This document shows, one piece after another, positions 1-10,263 of a stretch of 64,000 nt of DNA. Made by a program: the position numbers and the translations under genes. Source of the stretch: a virus; the IMG/VR virus record IMGVR_UViG_3300048999_000056, positions 48,819 to 112,818 of that record; one strand, 5' to 3'. The notes below the pieces were generated by a model. That model was not told the origin of the DNA, searched no databases, and was given only the letters and a program-made list of their open reading frames with translations. The number at the start of each line of letters is the position of its first letter. The first letter of the stretch is position 1.

Positions 1-792
1 CTGTCGTCACTGCCGCAGGTATTCGACCTCGATACGGCGATTGGCGTGCAGCTCGATCAGGTCGGCTTGTGGATTGGCCGTGACCGCACCATTGAGACGC
101 CGATCAGCGGTGTTTACTTTTCGTGGGATACGCCTGGACTTGGCTGGGAGCAAGGCACGTGGCAGGGCACCTTCGATCCGAGCGAGGGTCTGACGGTGCT
201 GGACGATGAAACCTATCGGCAGTTGCTTTACGCGAAGATCGGTTCCAACAACTGGGACAGCTCGCCGCAGAGTATTGTTGATATTCTGTCAACGCTGCTT
301 GAGGGTCAAGGCGCCGTTGCGATAACCGTCACCGACAACAACGATATGACGATATCGGTCAACGTAAGCGGTGCGATCAACAGCGTTGTGTTTCGCTCGT
401 TGATCCTAAACGGTGAGGTTCCGATCAAGCCTGCGGGCGTCGGTATCACCTACAACCTGCCAGCGCCCGGCGCGACAGTCTCCTATCCCGGCACGGCCTT
501 CATTGGCGGCTCTGGCGGACTTGTTGCCAACGCTACGGTGCAGCGGCCCGGAACGCAGTTTGCGTCGGCCAATGTAGTCGTGAGCGGTGTTGTTGTTGCC
601 CGCGCTACCATTCGAGATACGCAGGCGCGCGCAACATTTTCCGGTGTCGGCAACGTCGTGGTGGCGCCGACTGCCAGATTGCAGGCGCGGACAACGCTTG
701 CCGGTGCCGGCGGACTGCTCGGCGTGGCGACCCTGCGAGCGCGAGCGCAAGTCACAATTCAAGGGGCTGGTGGGCGGACATTCAACGTATAA
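1..792 (+). CDS. DUF2612-like baseplate protein (5'-truncated by window) with C-terminal beta-repeat extension
   Basis: Frame open from base 1; motif DLDTAIGVQLDQVGLWIG...LDDETYRQLLYAKI..N.WD...IKPAGV typical of Mu gp48/DUF2612-like baseplate wedge proteins. Confidence 0.8.
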   Translation: MSSLPQVFDLDTAIGVQLDQVGLWIGRDRTIETPISGVYFSWDTPGLGWEQGTWQGTFDPSEGLTVLDDETYRQLLYAKIGSNNWDSSPQSIVDILSTLLEGQGAVAITVTDNNDMTISVNVSGAINSVVFRSLILNGEVPIKPAGVGITYNLPAPGATVSYPGTAFIGGSGGLVANATVQRPGTQFASANVVVSGVVVARATIRDTQARATFSGVGNVVVAPTARLQARTTLAGAGGLLGVATLRARAQVTIQGAGGRTFNV

Positions 793-810
793 CTGCGGAC
801 GTATGATCTT

Positions 811-1998
811 ATGGCACAGAACGACTTTCTTCTCTGGGCAACTGGCGCGAACGCCAACGTCTTATCGCAGGCGGAGTATGCCGGCCTTGGCAATCGGTCG
901 TCAGGCGTCGTCGCTGGTGTAGCGTCCGGCAAGCTCTACAATAAACAAAACCGTCAGGCGTCGATAATCTCGTCGATGATCGCGCAGTTCATCAGCGATC
1001 GGCTCAACGCCGACGTGATAGATGACGGCACCATCGCGACGATCGAAGCCAACTTTACCGCTGCCGTCCGCAGCGTCTTCAGCATTCCGAACACAGGCGT
1101 TGTGCCGGGCACCTACGGTCCGACCATGACACTGTCAGTGCAGGCAGACGGTCGGATCACGGCATTGTCGAGCACGGGATTGACATCTTCGGGCGTGCCG
1201 CCCGGAACCTACGTCGGCACGACGATAACGGTTGCGGCGGACGGCCGCATAACGGCGATCTCTGGCGTGCCGTACGGTCAGATCGGTGGCGACAACAACT
1301 GGCAAGGTGGCAACACCTTTAATCATCTGGACAACGGTGGCAACGGCGGTCAATTCCGAGCTGTGCAGGGTTCCTACGGTTCGATGTGGCGTAACGATGG
1401 TAGCTCGACGTATCTGCTATCGACCGCTGCCGGGCAGCAGACCGGCATATGGAGTGCCTACCGTCCGTTCTACTGGAATATGGCGACAGGCGCCGTCACG
1501 ATCGACGGAACTGCGTCAGGTGTCAACTTCGGTGGCGCGATAAGCACTGGCCAGGGGATCACGGCTGGATCAGGGAACATCACAGCCAATTCGGGGCGCC
1601 TACGCGCCGGCTTGGGTGCGTTCGGGTCCGGTGATGCCTTTGCTGGCGTCATTCTCTCGGACGTGTTTCTCGGCGGCAATCTGGGCAACGATGATTGGTC
1701 CTACATGCGGCTGCCGAGCGGCTACATCATCCAGACTTATCGCGGCGCGACTACCAACGGTGGCGAGTTCATCACGTTCCCGGTGGCGTTCCCCAATGCC
1801 TGCCTGCAAGTGTTGGTGCATGAGGGAAATCCGCAAGGATGGATTCCGCCGGCAATTTCCTTCGTCAGCCCAACGATCTTCGGCACGCAGCAGTTGAGCG
1901 CAAATGCCTTTGCTCTCTACTGCGTGCGATACAACTCGAATGCTACTTGGTTCCTTGCTGGTGGCATAGCATTTCGGTACATCGCCATCGGCTACTAA
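811..1998 (+). CDS. Tail fibre protein
   Basis: N-terminus NDFL.WATGANANVLSQ..Y...SGVAS...NK..RQAS; C-terminal RLPSGYIIQ...ITFPVAFPNAC (gp53-like fibre tip); follows baseplate gene. Confidence 0.85.
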   Translation: MAQNDFLLWATGANANVLSQAEYAGLGNRSSGVVAGVASGKLYNKQNRQASIISSMIAQFISDRLNADVIDDGTIATIEANFTAAVRSVFSIPNTGVVPGTYGPTMTLSVQADGRITALSSTGLTSSGVPPGTYVGTTITVAADGRITAISGVPYGQIGGDNNWQGGNTFNHLDNGGNGGQFRAVQGSYGSMWRNDGSSTYLLSTAAGQQTGIWSAYRPFYWNMATGAVTIDGTASGVNFGGAISTGQGITAGSGNITANSGRLRAGLGAFGSGDAFAGVILSDVFLGGNLGNDDWSYMRLPSGYIIQTYRGATTNGGEFITFPVAFPNACLQVLVHEGNPQGWIPPAISFVSPTIFGTQQLSANAFALYCVRYNSNATWFLAGGIAFRYIAIGY

Positions 1999-2009
1999 GG
2001 AGGGAGAAC

Positions 2010-2234
2010 ATGCCGCAATATGCCTACTTCGATCATACTCAACCAGAGCCGCAGCATGTGCTCGGCTGGTATGACACGGATATCGTTGACTACAAGGACA
2101 AGCTGCCGAAGCCCGATGATCTGTTGGAGTTGAACGCCAACCAATGGGCAAGGCGATTGATCGGGCACTGGGCCGTCAAAGGTGGCGGTTTGATCCCTTA
2201 CGATCCGCGTCCAGCGCCAGGAGTCGGCGGATGA
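2010..2234 (+). CDS. Putative tail fibre assembly chaperone
   Basis: Strong RBS (AAGGAGGG) before ATG 2010; YAYFD...VLGWYDT motif; directly after fibre. Confidence 0.55.
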   Translation: MPQYAYFDHTQPEPQHVLGWYDTDIVDYKDKLPKPDDLLELNANQWARRLIGHWAVKGGGLIPYDPRPAPGVGG

Positions 2235-2728
2235 AGCCAATCCTCCTCTCATTATTGTTGCTGACTGCATGCGCCAGTCAGCAGCACGTAGCTCCGCCAC
2301 TGCCTGCGCCTGCGCCTGTTGCAGACGGCGCAACGACGGTGCCGCCGCCTGATGTCACGGCGACAACGGTCAAGGATGTTTCCGGTCCAACCGTCGTCAT
2401 CATGCCGTCGCATACGTTGATCTTGTATCTCTCCGAGGATGCATACAATGGTGACGTGCAGGTCCAGGTGACGATCGGCGGGGCGAACGTGTTTGCCAAG
2501 CCGGTGAACGTGACGGCGAAGCACGCGCTCAACCAGCGCCAAGTCTTCACGATCCTCGGTGCATGGCCGAACAAGCCCCAGGTGACGGTTACATTCAGCA
2601 ATGATGCCTACGGCGGCAGCGCGTCGAAGGACCGCAACCTCTACGTGGTGGGCTCGATCTACGACAACGTCACGTCCAAGGTTTCGCGCACGCTATGCTG
2701 CAATGGTAGCTGGACATTCACGCCATGA
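2231..2728 (+). CDS. Lipoprotein with CBM60-like Ca-dependent carbohydrate-binding domain
   Basis: MKPILLSLLLLTAC lipobox, Pro-rich linker, SEDAY.GD...V.V.F.NDAYGG...DRNLYV motif. Confidence 0.7.
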   Translation: MKPILLSLLLLTACASQQHVAPPLPAPAPVADGATTVPPPDVTATTVKDVSGPTVVIMPSHTLILYLSEDAYNGDVQVQVTIGGANVFAKPVNVTAKHALNQRQVFTILGAWPNKPQVTVTFSNDAYGGSASKDRNLYVVGSIYDNVTSKVSRTLCCNGSWTFTP

Positions 2729-2916
2729 CAGACACGATAATTGAAGATGTCGGCGGTGTTGCACAGGCTATGAAGTCCATGCATATCGCCGATGCCGAAG
2801 CGCTTACAGGCGAGTGGCTGGACCGACTGGCAGCGCAATACCGGCTCGACCGTGGGCATCTGGAAAGCGATTACAGCCTACGCAACCGACTGGTCAACCG
2901 TATTCGAGGCGCGTGA
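2725..2916 (+). CDS. Small hypothetical protein
   Basis: Start/stop overlap with both neighbours; LTGEWLDRLA..Y.L.R...ESD..LR resembles a baseplate-protein motif. Confidence 0.5.
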   Translation: MTDTIIEDVGGVAQAMKSMHIADAEALTGEWLDRLAAQYRLDRGHLESDYSLRNRLVNRIRGA

Positions 2917-3335
2917 TGCCGATCGAACTGAAATGGCCGGAAAAGCAGACGCTCGACGCGCTTGACTATGCCTGCGACATGACGGGTGATCTGGTATCGG
3001 GTGAGACGATTACTGACATTGCCGTATCCGTCAAACCTTCCGGCACGGATGAACTCAACGTGCAGAGCGTGGCGCTGCAGGGCAATGTGATCGTGGTCTG
3101 GTTGACGGGCGGCGTCGGCGGACGCGGCTACCTCGTCCGTATTGATGTCACGACCTCGGCAGAACGGGTATTCGACGTGCTGGCGGTCCTGCCCATGAGC
3201 CGTATCCTGATGCCCTTCCCGGTGCCCGAGCCGACTTCCCAGGATTTCTCGGAACCTATCACCTACCACGAGCCCGTAGCCGTCCAGGCGGCTGCCACAA
3301 TCGCCGGGCAGGCACGTCTGGCGTCGGCCCTATGA
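2916..3335 (+). CDS. Phage fibre-tail adaptor-like virion protein
   Basis: K....LDY..D....L..GETI...VVWLTGG..G..Y.V...V.T motif. Confidence 0.65.
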   Translation: MPIELKWPEKQTLDALDYACDMTGDLVSGETITDIAVSVKPSGTDELNVQSVALQGNVIVVWLTGGVGGRGYLVRIDVTTSAERVFDVLAVLPMSRILMPFPVPEPTSQDFSEPITYHEPVAVQAAATIAGQARLASAL

Positions 3336-4483
3336 GCGAGAAACCATGGGCGATCATCTGCCGGTTTGGCGGCGTCGGCGACAACCTGATTGTATCCTCC
3401 GTGCTGCCGCTGCTGGCGCGGAAATACAATGTCGAAGTTATCGCGCAGGCGCCGTTTCACGTCGTCTTCGAGAACAACCCGCACGTGGCGCGGTTGACAG
3501 TGCGCCAGCGCTCCGACCTGCCGAGCGATGCCATGCCCTGGCAACGCTGGTTTGACGACAGAGCGATCGGCGCCGACATGCTGGTCAACCTCTCGCATTC
3601 CTGCGAGTCCATGCTGTGCCTGTTTGAAAGCCAGACGCAGTATCGTTGGCCGGATGCATGGCGACGCCAGCACTGCGGGCGCAACTACTTGGAGCACACG
3701 CACGACATCGTCGGCGTGCCGCACGAGTTCGATCCGCGCTTCTATCCGACACGCGAAGAATGGCAACGTGCGGAGGAGGTTCGCCGGACAGTCGGCGGAC
3801 GCTATGTTGCGTGGTGCCTGTCCGGCACGCGCTACGACAAAATCTTCCCGTCAGCCCCGATCGCGATAGCGCGCATTATCAACGAACTGCAAATGCCTGT
3901 CGTGATGCTGGGTGCTCCTGGCAAGGATTCCGATCTCGGCAAGAGCATTCAGGAGCACGTCAAGAAGCACAACGGCACCGATCGCGGGCTGCATCTTGCG
4001 GTGTCTGCCGACGCGACGAAGACGGCGCCCGAGCTGCGCGATGCCTTGGGCCTGCGCGAGAACGTCGAGGCTTGGCCGATCAGGCGCGTGCTGACACAGA
4101 CCATGCTGGCTGATCTGGTGATATCGCCTGATACCGGTCCGGCGTGGGCAGTGGCCATGTCAGCAATGCCGAAGATCATACTGTTGAGCCACGCCTCGCC
4201 GGAGAACATCACGAAGCACTGGCGCAACACGGTGACGCTGCATGCTGATCAGCAGCGTGTGTCGTGCTGGCCGTGCCACAAGTTGCACGAAGGACCGCAC
4301 ACGTGCCGGCCGAACGCCGACAACAACGGCGCCTCGTGCATCAGTGACATCAGCGTGGAGACGATCGTGTCAACCGCTGATGCGTTGTTAACCCAAGAAA
4401 GGAAACCCGACCAATGGCAGGTATCTCAGCTTATCACGAAAAGCAGCTGCTGGACTTCGGACTGGGTGGTGCAGGCGCCGTAA
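3332..4483 (+). CDS. Glycosyltransferase family 9 (heptosyltransferase-like)
   Basis: RFGGVGDNL N-terminal motif and ADLVISPDTGP.W.A motif; C-terminal CWPC. Confidence 0.85.
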   Translation: MSEKPWAIICRFGGVGDNLIVSSVLPLLARKYNVEVIAQAPFHVVFENNPHVARLTVRQRSDLPSDAMPWQRWFDDRAIGADMLVNLSHSCESMLCLFESQTQYRWPDAWRRQHCGRNYLEHTHDIVGVPHEFDPRFYPTREEWQRAEEVRRTVGGRYVAWCLSGTRYDKIFPSAPIAIARIINELQMPVVMLGAPGKDSDLGKSIQEHVKKHNGTDRGLHLAVSADATKTAPELRDALGLRENVEAWPIRRVLTQTMLADLVISPDTGPAWAVAMSAMPKIILLSHASPENITKHWRNTVTLHADQQRVSCWPCHKLHEGPHTCRPNADNNGASCISDISVETIVSTADALLTQERKPDQWQVSQLITKSSCWTSDWVVQAP

Positions 4484-4818
4484 GCCAGCCCGCATCAGGC
4501 TCGCACGGTGTCGGACTGTCGCTTGGTGCGCCGACCTCGATTTCTGCATCCGAGATCGCAACCGGTTCCGGTTGGACACGTCAGCCGATCGGCTTCGCGG
4601 CGGCGGCGTCACCGGCCGGTTCGGCGTCGAACAACACCGCAGCGACATTCGGACCAGGGCTGACCGGTGCGACGTTCTCCGGTCTGCAAATCTTCGATGA
4701 TACGCGGTCCGGCACCGGCAACATGCTCTGGTATGGCAACCTCGCCACGCCGCGCACGCTGGGCGTCGGCGACAGCTTGGTGATCGCAACCGGTGCGTTG
4801 ACTATTACCCTCGCCTGA
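4414..4818 (+). CDS. Small virion/tail-fibre-associated structural protein
   Basis: SAY.E..LLD...EI..G.GW.RQ...SN....F...GN.L..G.L...GD....G.L.I.L pattern common in phage fibre modules. Confidence 0.65.
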   Translation: MAGISAYHEKQLLDFGLGGAGAVSQPASGSHGVGLSLGAPTSISASEIATGSGWTRQPIGFAAAASPAGSASNNTAATFGPGLTGATFSGLQIFDDTRSGTGNMLWYGNLATPRTLGVGDSLVIATGALTITLA

Positions 4819-4878
4819 TCTGTCGGGTGCAGTCCAACGGTCTGCACCCCACGGACTTCCTAAAGAGCGGCTTCGACA

Positions 4879-7800
4879 ATGGCGTGGTCCTTCGTCGGTG
4901 CCGGCGCTTTAGCGTCCGTCACCACCACAGCGATATCGGTAGCAGAGCCCGCTGGTGTACAAGCCGGCGATCTTCTTGTTGCGCTCATATCGCATCGTGC
5001 CGCGTCGGGTGCCGCTTCGGTGGTGCTGCCGACTGGTTGGACTCTCGTTACTGAGCAGAAGGTCGGCAACACCACCGCCGCCAGCACGTTAGGCATCGGC
5101 AACGGCGTCATGGCCTACCGGGTCGCGACCGGAGCCGGTGGGCCGTGGAGCTTCACGGTTCCGACCGCGAACGTTGCGCTCGGTCGCATTCTTGTCTACC
5201 GCGGTCAGGACAAGCTCGCGTCGCCACTGTGTATGACACGCAGCACGACGACGGCAACCGCCACGACGAGCATCAGCGTTACTGGCCTAACAACGCCGAA
5301 CGCCAACTGTCTGATCATTCACGGTCTATGCGGCGCACAGAATGGCGCGATGTCGGCATTCGACGCCGCGACCGATCCAACGACTGCTAGCGGCACGGGC
5401 GGTCAAACAGGCGCTCCAACTGCCGGGACATGGCTGGAGCGAACCGATGACGCTACCGCGAATGGTTCCGATTGTAGTCTGGCAATTGCAGACGCGGTTC
5501 GGGCCACGTCGGGCGCCACAGGCAATTTCACCGCGACGGCGGCGCTGGGTTGTGGCTACGCCTCGCTCGTCGGCGTGTTCAAACTCGACGTTGCAATCCC
5601 AGCCGGCCAACGGCTGGTCACGCATTACATCATCGGAACGGGAACCGGCAGCTTCACGCCGCCGTCCACCGTCAACGCGATCGTCGAAGTATGGGGCGCG
5701 GGCGCCACTGGAAACACCGCGAGCGGCGTGGGCGGTAACGGTGCTGGTTGGTCACGGGATAGTAGCTACGCGCTAACAGCGGCAACGCCGGTCAACTTTT
5801 CGCTCGGTGCTCCCGGCGCGACCTCTGCGGCGGCCGGTGGCGATACTTGGTGGGCAACATCCGGCACGCTGATAGCGAACGGCGGCGGGTCCGCTACCGC
5901 GCGGATCGGCGACGTGACGTTTGTCGGTGGCGTGGCGAGCACCAACTCTGCCACCGGTAACACCGGGGGCGGTGGCGCAGCCGGTCCGTATGGACCTGGG
6001 CGAGCCTCTGGCAGTGCTGGCAGTGGTGGCGGAACGGGTGGCGGTGGTAACGGCGGCGGCACCGACTCAACAGCTTCCGCAACGGCAGCTGGCACCGCTG
6101 GCGGCAATGGTTTCGCTGGAACGGGCGGCGCTGCTGGCGTTGCAAATGGTAATGGTTCGCCGGGCGGTCCGGGCGCGGGCGGTGGCGGTGGCGGTAACAC
6201 GACAGGTCAAGGCGCTCGCGGTGGTGATGATTGGAGCAACGGCGGCGGCGGTGCGGGTGGCACAGGCAGCCTCGCCAATCATCCTACAACGGCGGTCGGC
6301 GGCACGCCGGGTGCTGGCGGTGCGGCGGCAAATGCGGCACTTGGGCGCGGCGGTTACAGCCTCGTCAAACTCAGCTATGTTGGGACCGACGATGACAGCC
6401 TGACAGTTGTCGGCTCGCTGTCGAACATCGTCTTCGCGCGACCGGGTGCAGCTCATATTGCCGGCACCGGCTCGATATCGGCCAATGCAACAGTCGTCAG
6501 TGGCGGTCCGACTACTTGGCAAGGGACTGCAACATTTGCTGGCGTAGCGTCGGTTAGTGCTGTCACTGCCTACGTCAAACCGCAACAATGGGACATCGGC
6601 AACTACTATCATCCCAACGTCACGCTGTCGGGCACGGGCGGAAACTTTACCGCGCTGCAGACGGGGAGCAGCGGCAACCGTGCATCGGTGGTTGCGACTG
6701 AGTTTTTCAATACCGGCAAATACTACTGGGAACTGCAGATCGATTCCACTGGCGGCGGTCAGTATGTCGGACTGGCGCGTGCAGCGTTCGATCCCAACGG
6801 CTTCGATTCCGCCTTGTATGCGACTGAGGTTACGTGGTGGACCTTTACCGCTGACTCATCCGGTCATATAGTTGCTGCTAACGTCGAGATCAGCGCCGGG
6901 GCACCGTTCTACACGACTGGCGATCGTGTCCAGTTTGCCTGGGATGCTACCAATCATCTGATATGGCTTAGAGTCAACAATGGCTCTTGGGCGAACGGCG
7001 GTGATCCGGCAGCCGGGACCAACGGTTACGATATCTCGTCCGTGACGGGACCTCTCGCTCCGGCGATCTCGCTGGGCGGCACGAATGATCAGATATCAAC
7101 CAAGTTCGATCGTGCCTCGTGGTCCGGCACGGCGCCAGCCGGTTTCGCTCAATTCGACCCTGTCATTCTACAGGGAACTGCAACGCTAGCCGGCACGGGC
7201 TCGCGGACCTTTAACGCCACGCACACACCGGCAGGCACAGCAACAATTGGCGGTGCCGGTTTGCTTAGCGTCTCTGCGCGGATCATTGACCGGATCGACC
7301 CTGTCACGCTGGCAGGTATCGGCTCAATTACTGCAAACGCTACGCATACGCCGGCAGGCACAGCCGTTTTCGCCGGTCTAGGTTCGTTAACTGTTGACGC
7401 AACTGTTGTTCTCGGCACTGTCACGTGGCAGGGCTCGGCAACGTTTGCAGGCGTCGGCACGCTCAGTGTCAATGCGACGCACACGCCAGCCGGACAGGCG
7501 ACGATCAACGGCGCCGGTTCGCTTGCTGTCACTGCGACGCTGATCGATGCTATAGACGCTCTTACGCTGCCAGGTGCCGGCTCTCTCAGCGTCAACGCCA
7601 CGCATACGCCGGCTGCGGCTGCGACGTTTGCCGGTATCGGCTCGGTCACGCTCAATGCGACTTTGACTGCTCCGGTCACGGCGAATATCAACGGCACCGG
7701 ATCGGTCACTGCCAATGCTACGCACACGCCGGCTGCGACGGCATCGCTCAACGGTGTCGGATCGATAGCAGCAACCGCGACGGTCATCGCTCGTGCCTCA

Positions 7801-9225
7801 ACAACCTTGGCCGGAACAGGCGGGATATCGGCGACGGCGACGGCGATAGAGCAAGCCTCGTCAACGATCGGCGGCACAGGCACCGTCACGATCTTCGTCG
7901 TCGAAGGCGAGCTAGGTATGGCGTCGCTCGCGGGTGTCGGCTCGCTTACGATAGACGCCACGCACACCCCGATCGGCACGGCGACCTTCAACGGCATAGG
8001 CACGCTGGCGACGGCTTCCGCGGTGCTGGCAGGCGGTTCGGCGATGCTGGGCGGCATCGGTGCGGTTTCGGTCGCGGGGGCTGCCCAGGCCGCTGCCAGC
8101 GCTGCCCTGAGTGGCATTGGCACGCTAACCGTCAGCGGCATTTCGGCGTCTCAGGGAACGGCGGCGTTTGGCGGTGCCGGCTCGATCTCGGCGAGCGCCA
8201 CGCATACGCCGGCCGGACAGGCGACGATAGGCGGCACGGGATCGGTGACGCTCAGCGCCCGCGTGGCGGCGATCAGCTCCGCGACGCTGGCCGGTGTTGG
8301 TTCCGTCACAGTCACAGCGACGGCGATCGAGCAGGCTGCCGCGACAATCAACGGCGTAGGCTCGGTTGCGGCTGACGGGCTGATCCGTGGTCGGATCGAC
8401 GCAGCGGCAACGCTAGGCGGCACGGGTGCTGTCACGGCAACCGCGACGATTATCGAGCGCGCTACCTCTGCGATCAGCGGTAGCGGCTTGCTCGCGGTCA
8501 ACGCAACGCATACCGGTCAAGCTGCCGCGGCGATCGGCGGAACGGGTGCCCTGGTAGTCAACGCGGTCCATACGCCGCAAGGCGCTGCGGCACTGCACGG
8601 CATTGGTTCGATTACTGTTGCGGCAACGCATACGCCGAATGGCAGCGCCTCGATCTCAGGCGCCGGTGTGTTGACAGTGAGCGCCAGTCTGCGCCTGCCG
8701 GCGATTGCGTCAATCGGCGGCGTCGCTTCGTTTACAGCGATGGCGGATCATACTGCACAAGGCGCTGCGACGTTCGACGGCATCGGCACTCTGACGGTTG
8801 ACGAAAGTCTCGCGCTGGCGACGGGCGCCGATCTTGCGGGCGCAGGCGATGTCACTGTCGAGGCATCGCTGATCGTTCAAGCTGCCGTCGATCTGGTCGG
8901 AACCGGCGCTCTGTCGGTTGACGGTAGCGTATTCAGTCCTGAGCCGGGCTCGGTCACACTTTCCGGTATCGGGTCTGTCACGATCAACACGCGGCTTGTT
9001 GCGGCGATACACGCGACGATCGGCGGTCAAGGCATCCTGGCTGCCGACGCGGTTGTTGTGACGAGTATCCTGCCGCCGCCGGAGCGGGAAATCCACGTTG
9101 TCGGGCAGTCTCGTGTCGTGACAGACAGCCGCGATCGATCGCTTACGGTTGCGCCTAGTCAACGTGCTGCGTCGGGCGAATACAGCCGACTGATCTCCGA
9201 TCGGCGCGGCGGAAGGAGGATATGA
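4879..9225 (+). CDS. Giant fibre-like virion protein (Gly-rich domain, SPRY-like domain, about 30 x 20-aa beta repeats)
   Basis: 1448 aa; VEVWGAG...GGGG glycine-rich domain; GKYYWE...VG.A...TGD.V..A.D SPRY-like segment; repeats like GTATFAGVGSLSVNATHTPA from about 7170 to 9060. Confidence 0.75.
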   Translation: MAWSFVGAGALASVTTTAISVAEPAGVQAGDLLVALISHRAASGAASVVLPTGWTLVTEQKVGNTTAASTLGIGNGVMAYRVATGAGGPWSFTVPTANVALGRILVYRGQDKLASPLCMTRSTTTATATTSISVTGLTTPNANCLIIHGLCGAQNGAMSAFDAATDPTTASGTGGQTGAPTAGTWLERTDDATANGSDCSLAIADAVRATSGATGNFTATAALGCGYASLVGVFKLDVAIPAGQRLVTHYIIGTGTGSFTPPSTVNAIVEVWGAGATGNTASGVGGNGAGWSRDSSYALTAATPVNFSLGAPGATSAAAGGDTWWATSGTLIANGGGSATARIGDVTFVGGVASTNSATGNTGGGGAAGPYGPGRASGSAGSGGGTGGGGNGGGTDSTASATAAGTAGGNGFAGTGGAAGVANGNGSPGGPGAGGGGGGNTTGQGARGGDDWSNGGGGAGGTGSLANHPTTAVGGTPGAGGAAANAALGRGGYSLVKLSYVGTDDDSLTVVGSLSNIVFARPGAAHIAGTGSISANATVVSGGPTTWQGTATFAGVASVSAVTAYVKPQQWDIGNYYHPNVTLSGTGGNFTALQTGSSGNRASVVATEFFNTGKYYWELQIDSTGGGQYVGLARAAFDPNGFDSALYATEVTWWTFTADSSGHIVAANVEISAGAPFYTTGDRVQFAWDATNHLIWLRVNNGSWANGGDPAAGTNGYDISSVTGPLAPAISLGGTNDQISTKFDRASWSGTAPAGFAQFDPVILQGTATLAGTGSRTFNATHTPAGTATIGGAGLLSVSARIIDRIDPVTLAGIGSITANATHTPAGTAVFAGLGSLTVDATVVLGTVTWQGSATFAGVGTLSVNATHTPAGQATINGAGSLAVTATLIDAIDALTLPGAGSLSVNATHTPAAAATFAGIGSVTLNATLTAPVTANINGTGSVTANATHTPAATASLNGVGSIAATATVIARASTTLAGTGGISATATAIEQASSTIGGTGTVTIFVVEGELGMASLAGVGSLTIDATHTPIGTATFNGIGTLATASAVLAGGSAMLGGIGAVSVAGAAQAAASAALSGIGTLTVSGISASQGTAAFGGAGSISASATHTPAGQATIGGTGSVTLSARVAAISSATLAGVGSVTVTATAIEQAAATINGVGSVAADGLIRGRIDAAATLGGTGAVTATATIIERATSAISGSGLLAVNATHTGQAAAAIGGTGALVVNAVHTPQGAAALHGIGSITVAATHTPNGSASISGAGVLTVSASLRLPAIASIGGVASFTAMADHTAQGAATFDGIGTLTVDESLALATGADLAGAGDVTVEASLIVQAAVDLVGTGALSVDGSVFSPEPGSVTLSGIGSVTINTRLVAAIHATIGGQGILAADAVVVTSILPPPEREIHVVGQSRVVTDSRDRSLTVAPSQRAASGEYSRLISDRRGGRRI

Positions 9226-9226
9226 C

Positions 9227-9715
9227 ATGGGCACCTTTTACAGCGACCATATTCAACAGTCCTACTACTATAACTCGCCATCGCGCGTTTACGATCTTGG
9301 CATGCTGGAGCCGGGTACGCGCGCAGCTGTCGAGGCGATCTTGAAAGAAGCGGCGAGCATAGGCCAGCCGCTGCTTGTGTTTGAGACGTATCGTAGTCAA
9401 CAACGTCAGGAATTGCTGTACCAGCAAGGCGCCACGCAGCTGCGCGTTGTCGGTTGTCACCACTTCGGTCTGGCCGCCGATCTCGTGAAGAATGTCGGCA
9501 ATGAGCCGAGCTGGAAAGGCTCGTTTGACTTCCTCGGTCAGCTCGCGCGCAAGCATGGCATGTTGTGGGGCGGTGACTGGGGTCAGCCGAACATGCGGCA
9601 TAGCTTCATCGATGCTGATCATGTGCAGCGTGTCACGCTCGCGGACGAGAACCGCGTATTTGCTGGCGAATTTTTCCCAGGTGTGGACTACAACCCTTAT
9701 GTTGCGGTTGCCTAG
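9227..9715 (+). CDS. Endolysin, M15 family (L-Ala-D-Glu-type) peptidase
   Basis: ETYRS..RQ..LY.QG, HHFGLAAD, WGGDW, D..HVQ motifs. Confidence 0.85.
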   Translation: MGTFYSDHIQQSYYYNSPSRVYDLGMLEPGTRAAVEAILKEAASIGQPLLVFETYRSQQRQELLYQQGATQLRVVGCHHFGLAADLVKNVGNEPSWKGSFDFLGQLARKHGMLWGGDWGQPNMRHSFIDADHVQRVTLADENRVFAGEFFPGVDYNPYVAVA

Positions 9716-10227
9716 AGCCATTGCCATGTTTTGCGGTGTTTGATTGCATGAACGGTTGCGACGCAGATATTGTATGAGCCGGCAATCTTGGCAAAAGATA
9801 ACTGTCCTGCCTGTAGAAGTGCGCGGATTTCTAGGACATCAGCTTCGCTCAACTTGGATTGGCGTATCTCGGTTCCGTATGCCTGTTTACCGTGCCGTTG
9901 CTTGTCTAGGTTATTTTGGCGTCTAGTTGCCCATCTGACGTTCGACGCTCTATTGTTCATTCTGTCGGAATCCCAGTGTGCCACTTCATGTTTGGTCGAT
10001 GGTCGCGGACCATGGAATGCTGTGCATACGAGCACATGGATGCCAACGTGCTGTTTTCTGCCGTTTACGTCGATGATGTTCGTGAAGAGGTAGCCGTTAT
10101 TCTGCGGAATAACTGGCGCCAAGGGTGCTGAGTGATAAGGACTCCTGATCCGACCATAGCTGCTTGCTTCGTAACCGGGAAATCCCGGAATTGATCGCCA
10201 CTGCTCCGGCAATGCGCGTCGTATCAT
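9712..10227 (-). CDS. NUMOD4-HNH homing endonuclease
   Basis: EQWRSIPGFPGYEASSYGRIRS (NUMOD4); H.LV..AFHG..P...EVAH.D..R.NN.ASN.RW (HNH). Confidence 0.9.
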   Translation of the reverse strand: MIRRALPEQWRSIPGFPGYEASSYGRIRSPYHSAPLAPVIPQNNGYLFTNIIDVNGRKQHVGIHVLVCTAFHGPRPSTKHEVAHWDSDRMNNRASNVRWATRRQNNLDKQRHGKQAYGTEIRQSKLSEADVLEIRALLQAGQLSFAKIAGSYNICVATVHAIKHRKTWQWL

Positions 10228-10263
10228 GGCTTCCCTCCGTTCTCTGAATAGGGTATACCACGC

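Noticed and set aside
811-1998. Diversity-generating retroelement or invertase acting on the tail fibre
   Set aside because: No reverse transcriptase, template/variable repeat pair or invertase seen in the window.
7149-8501. Long antisense ORFs opposite the giant fibre gene (similarly 19366-20220 and 49258-50033)
   Set aside because: Shadow ORFs from GC-rich codon bias of the real gene on the other strand.
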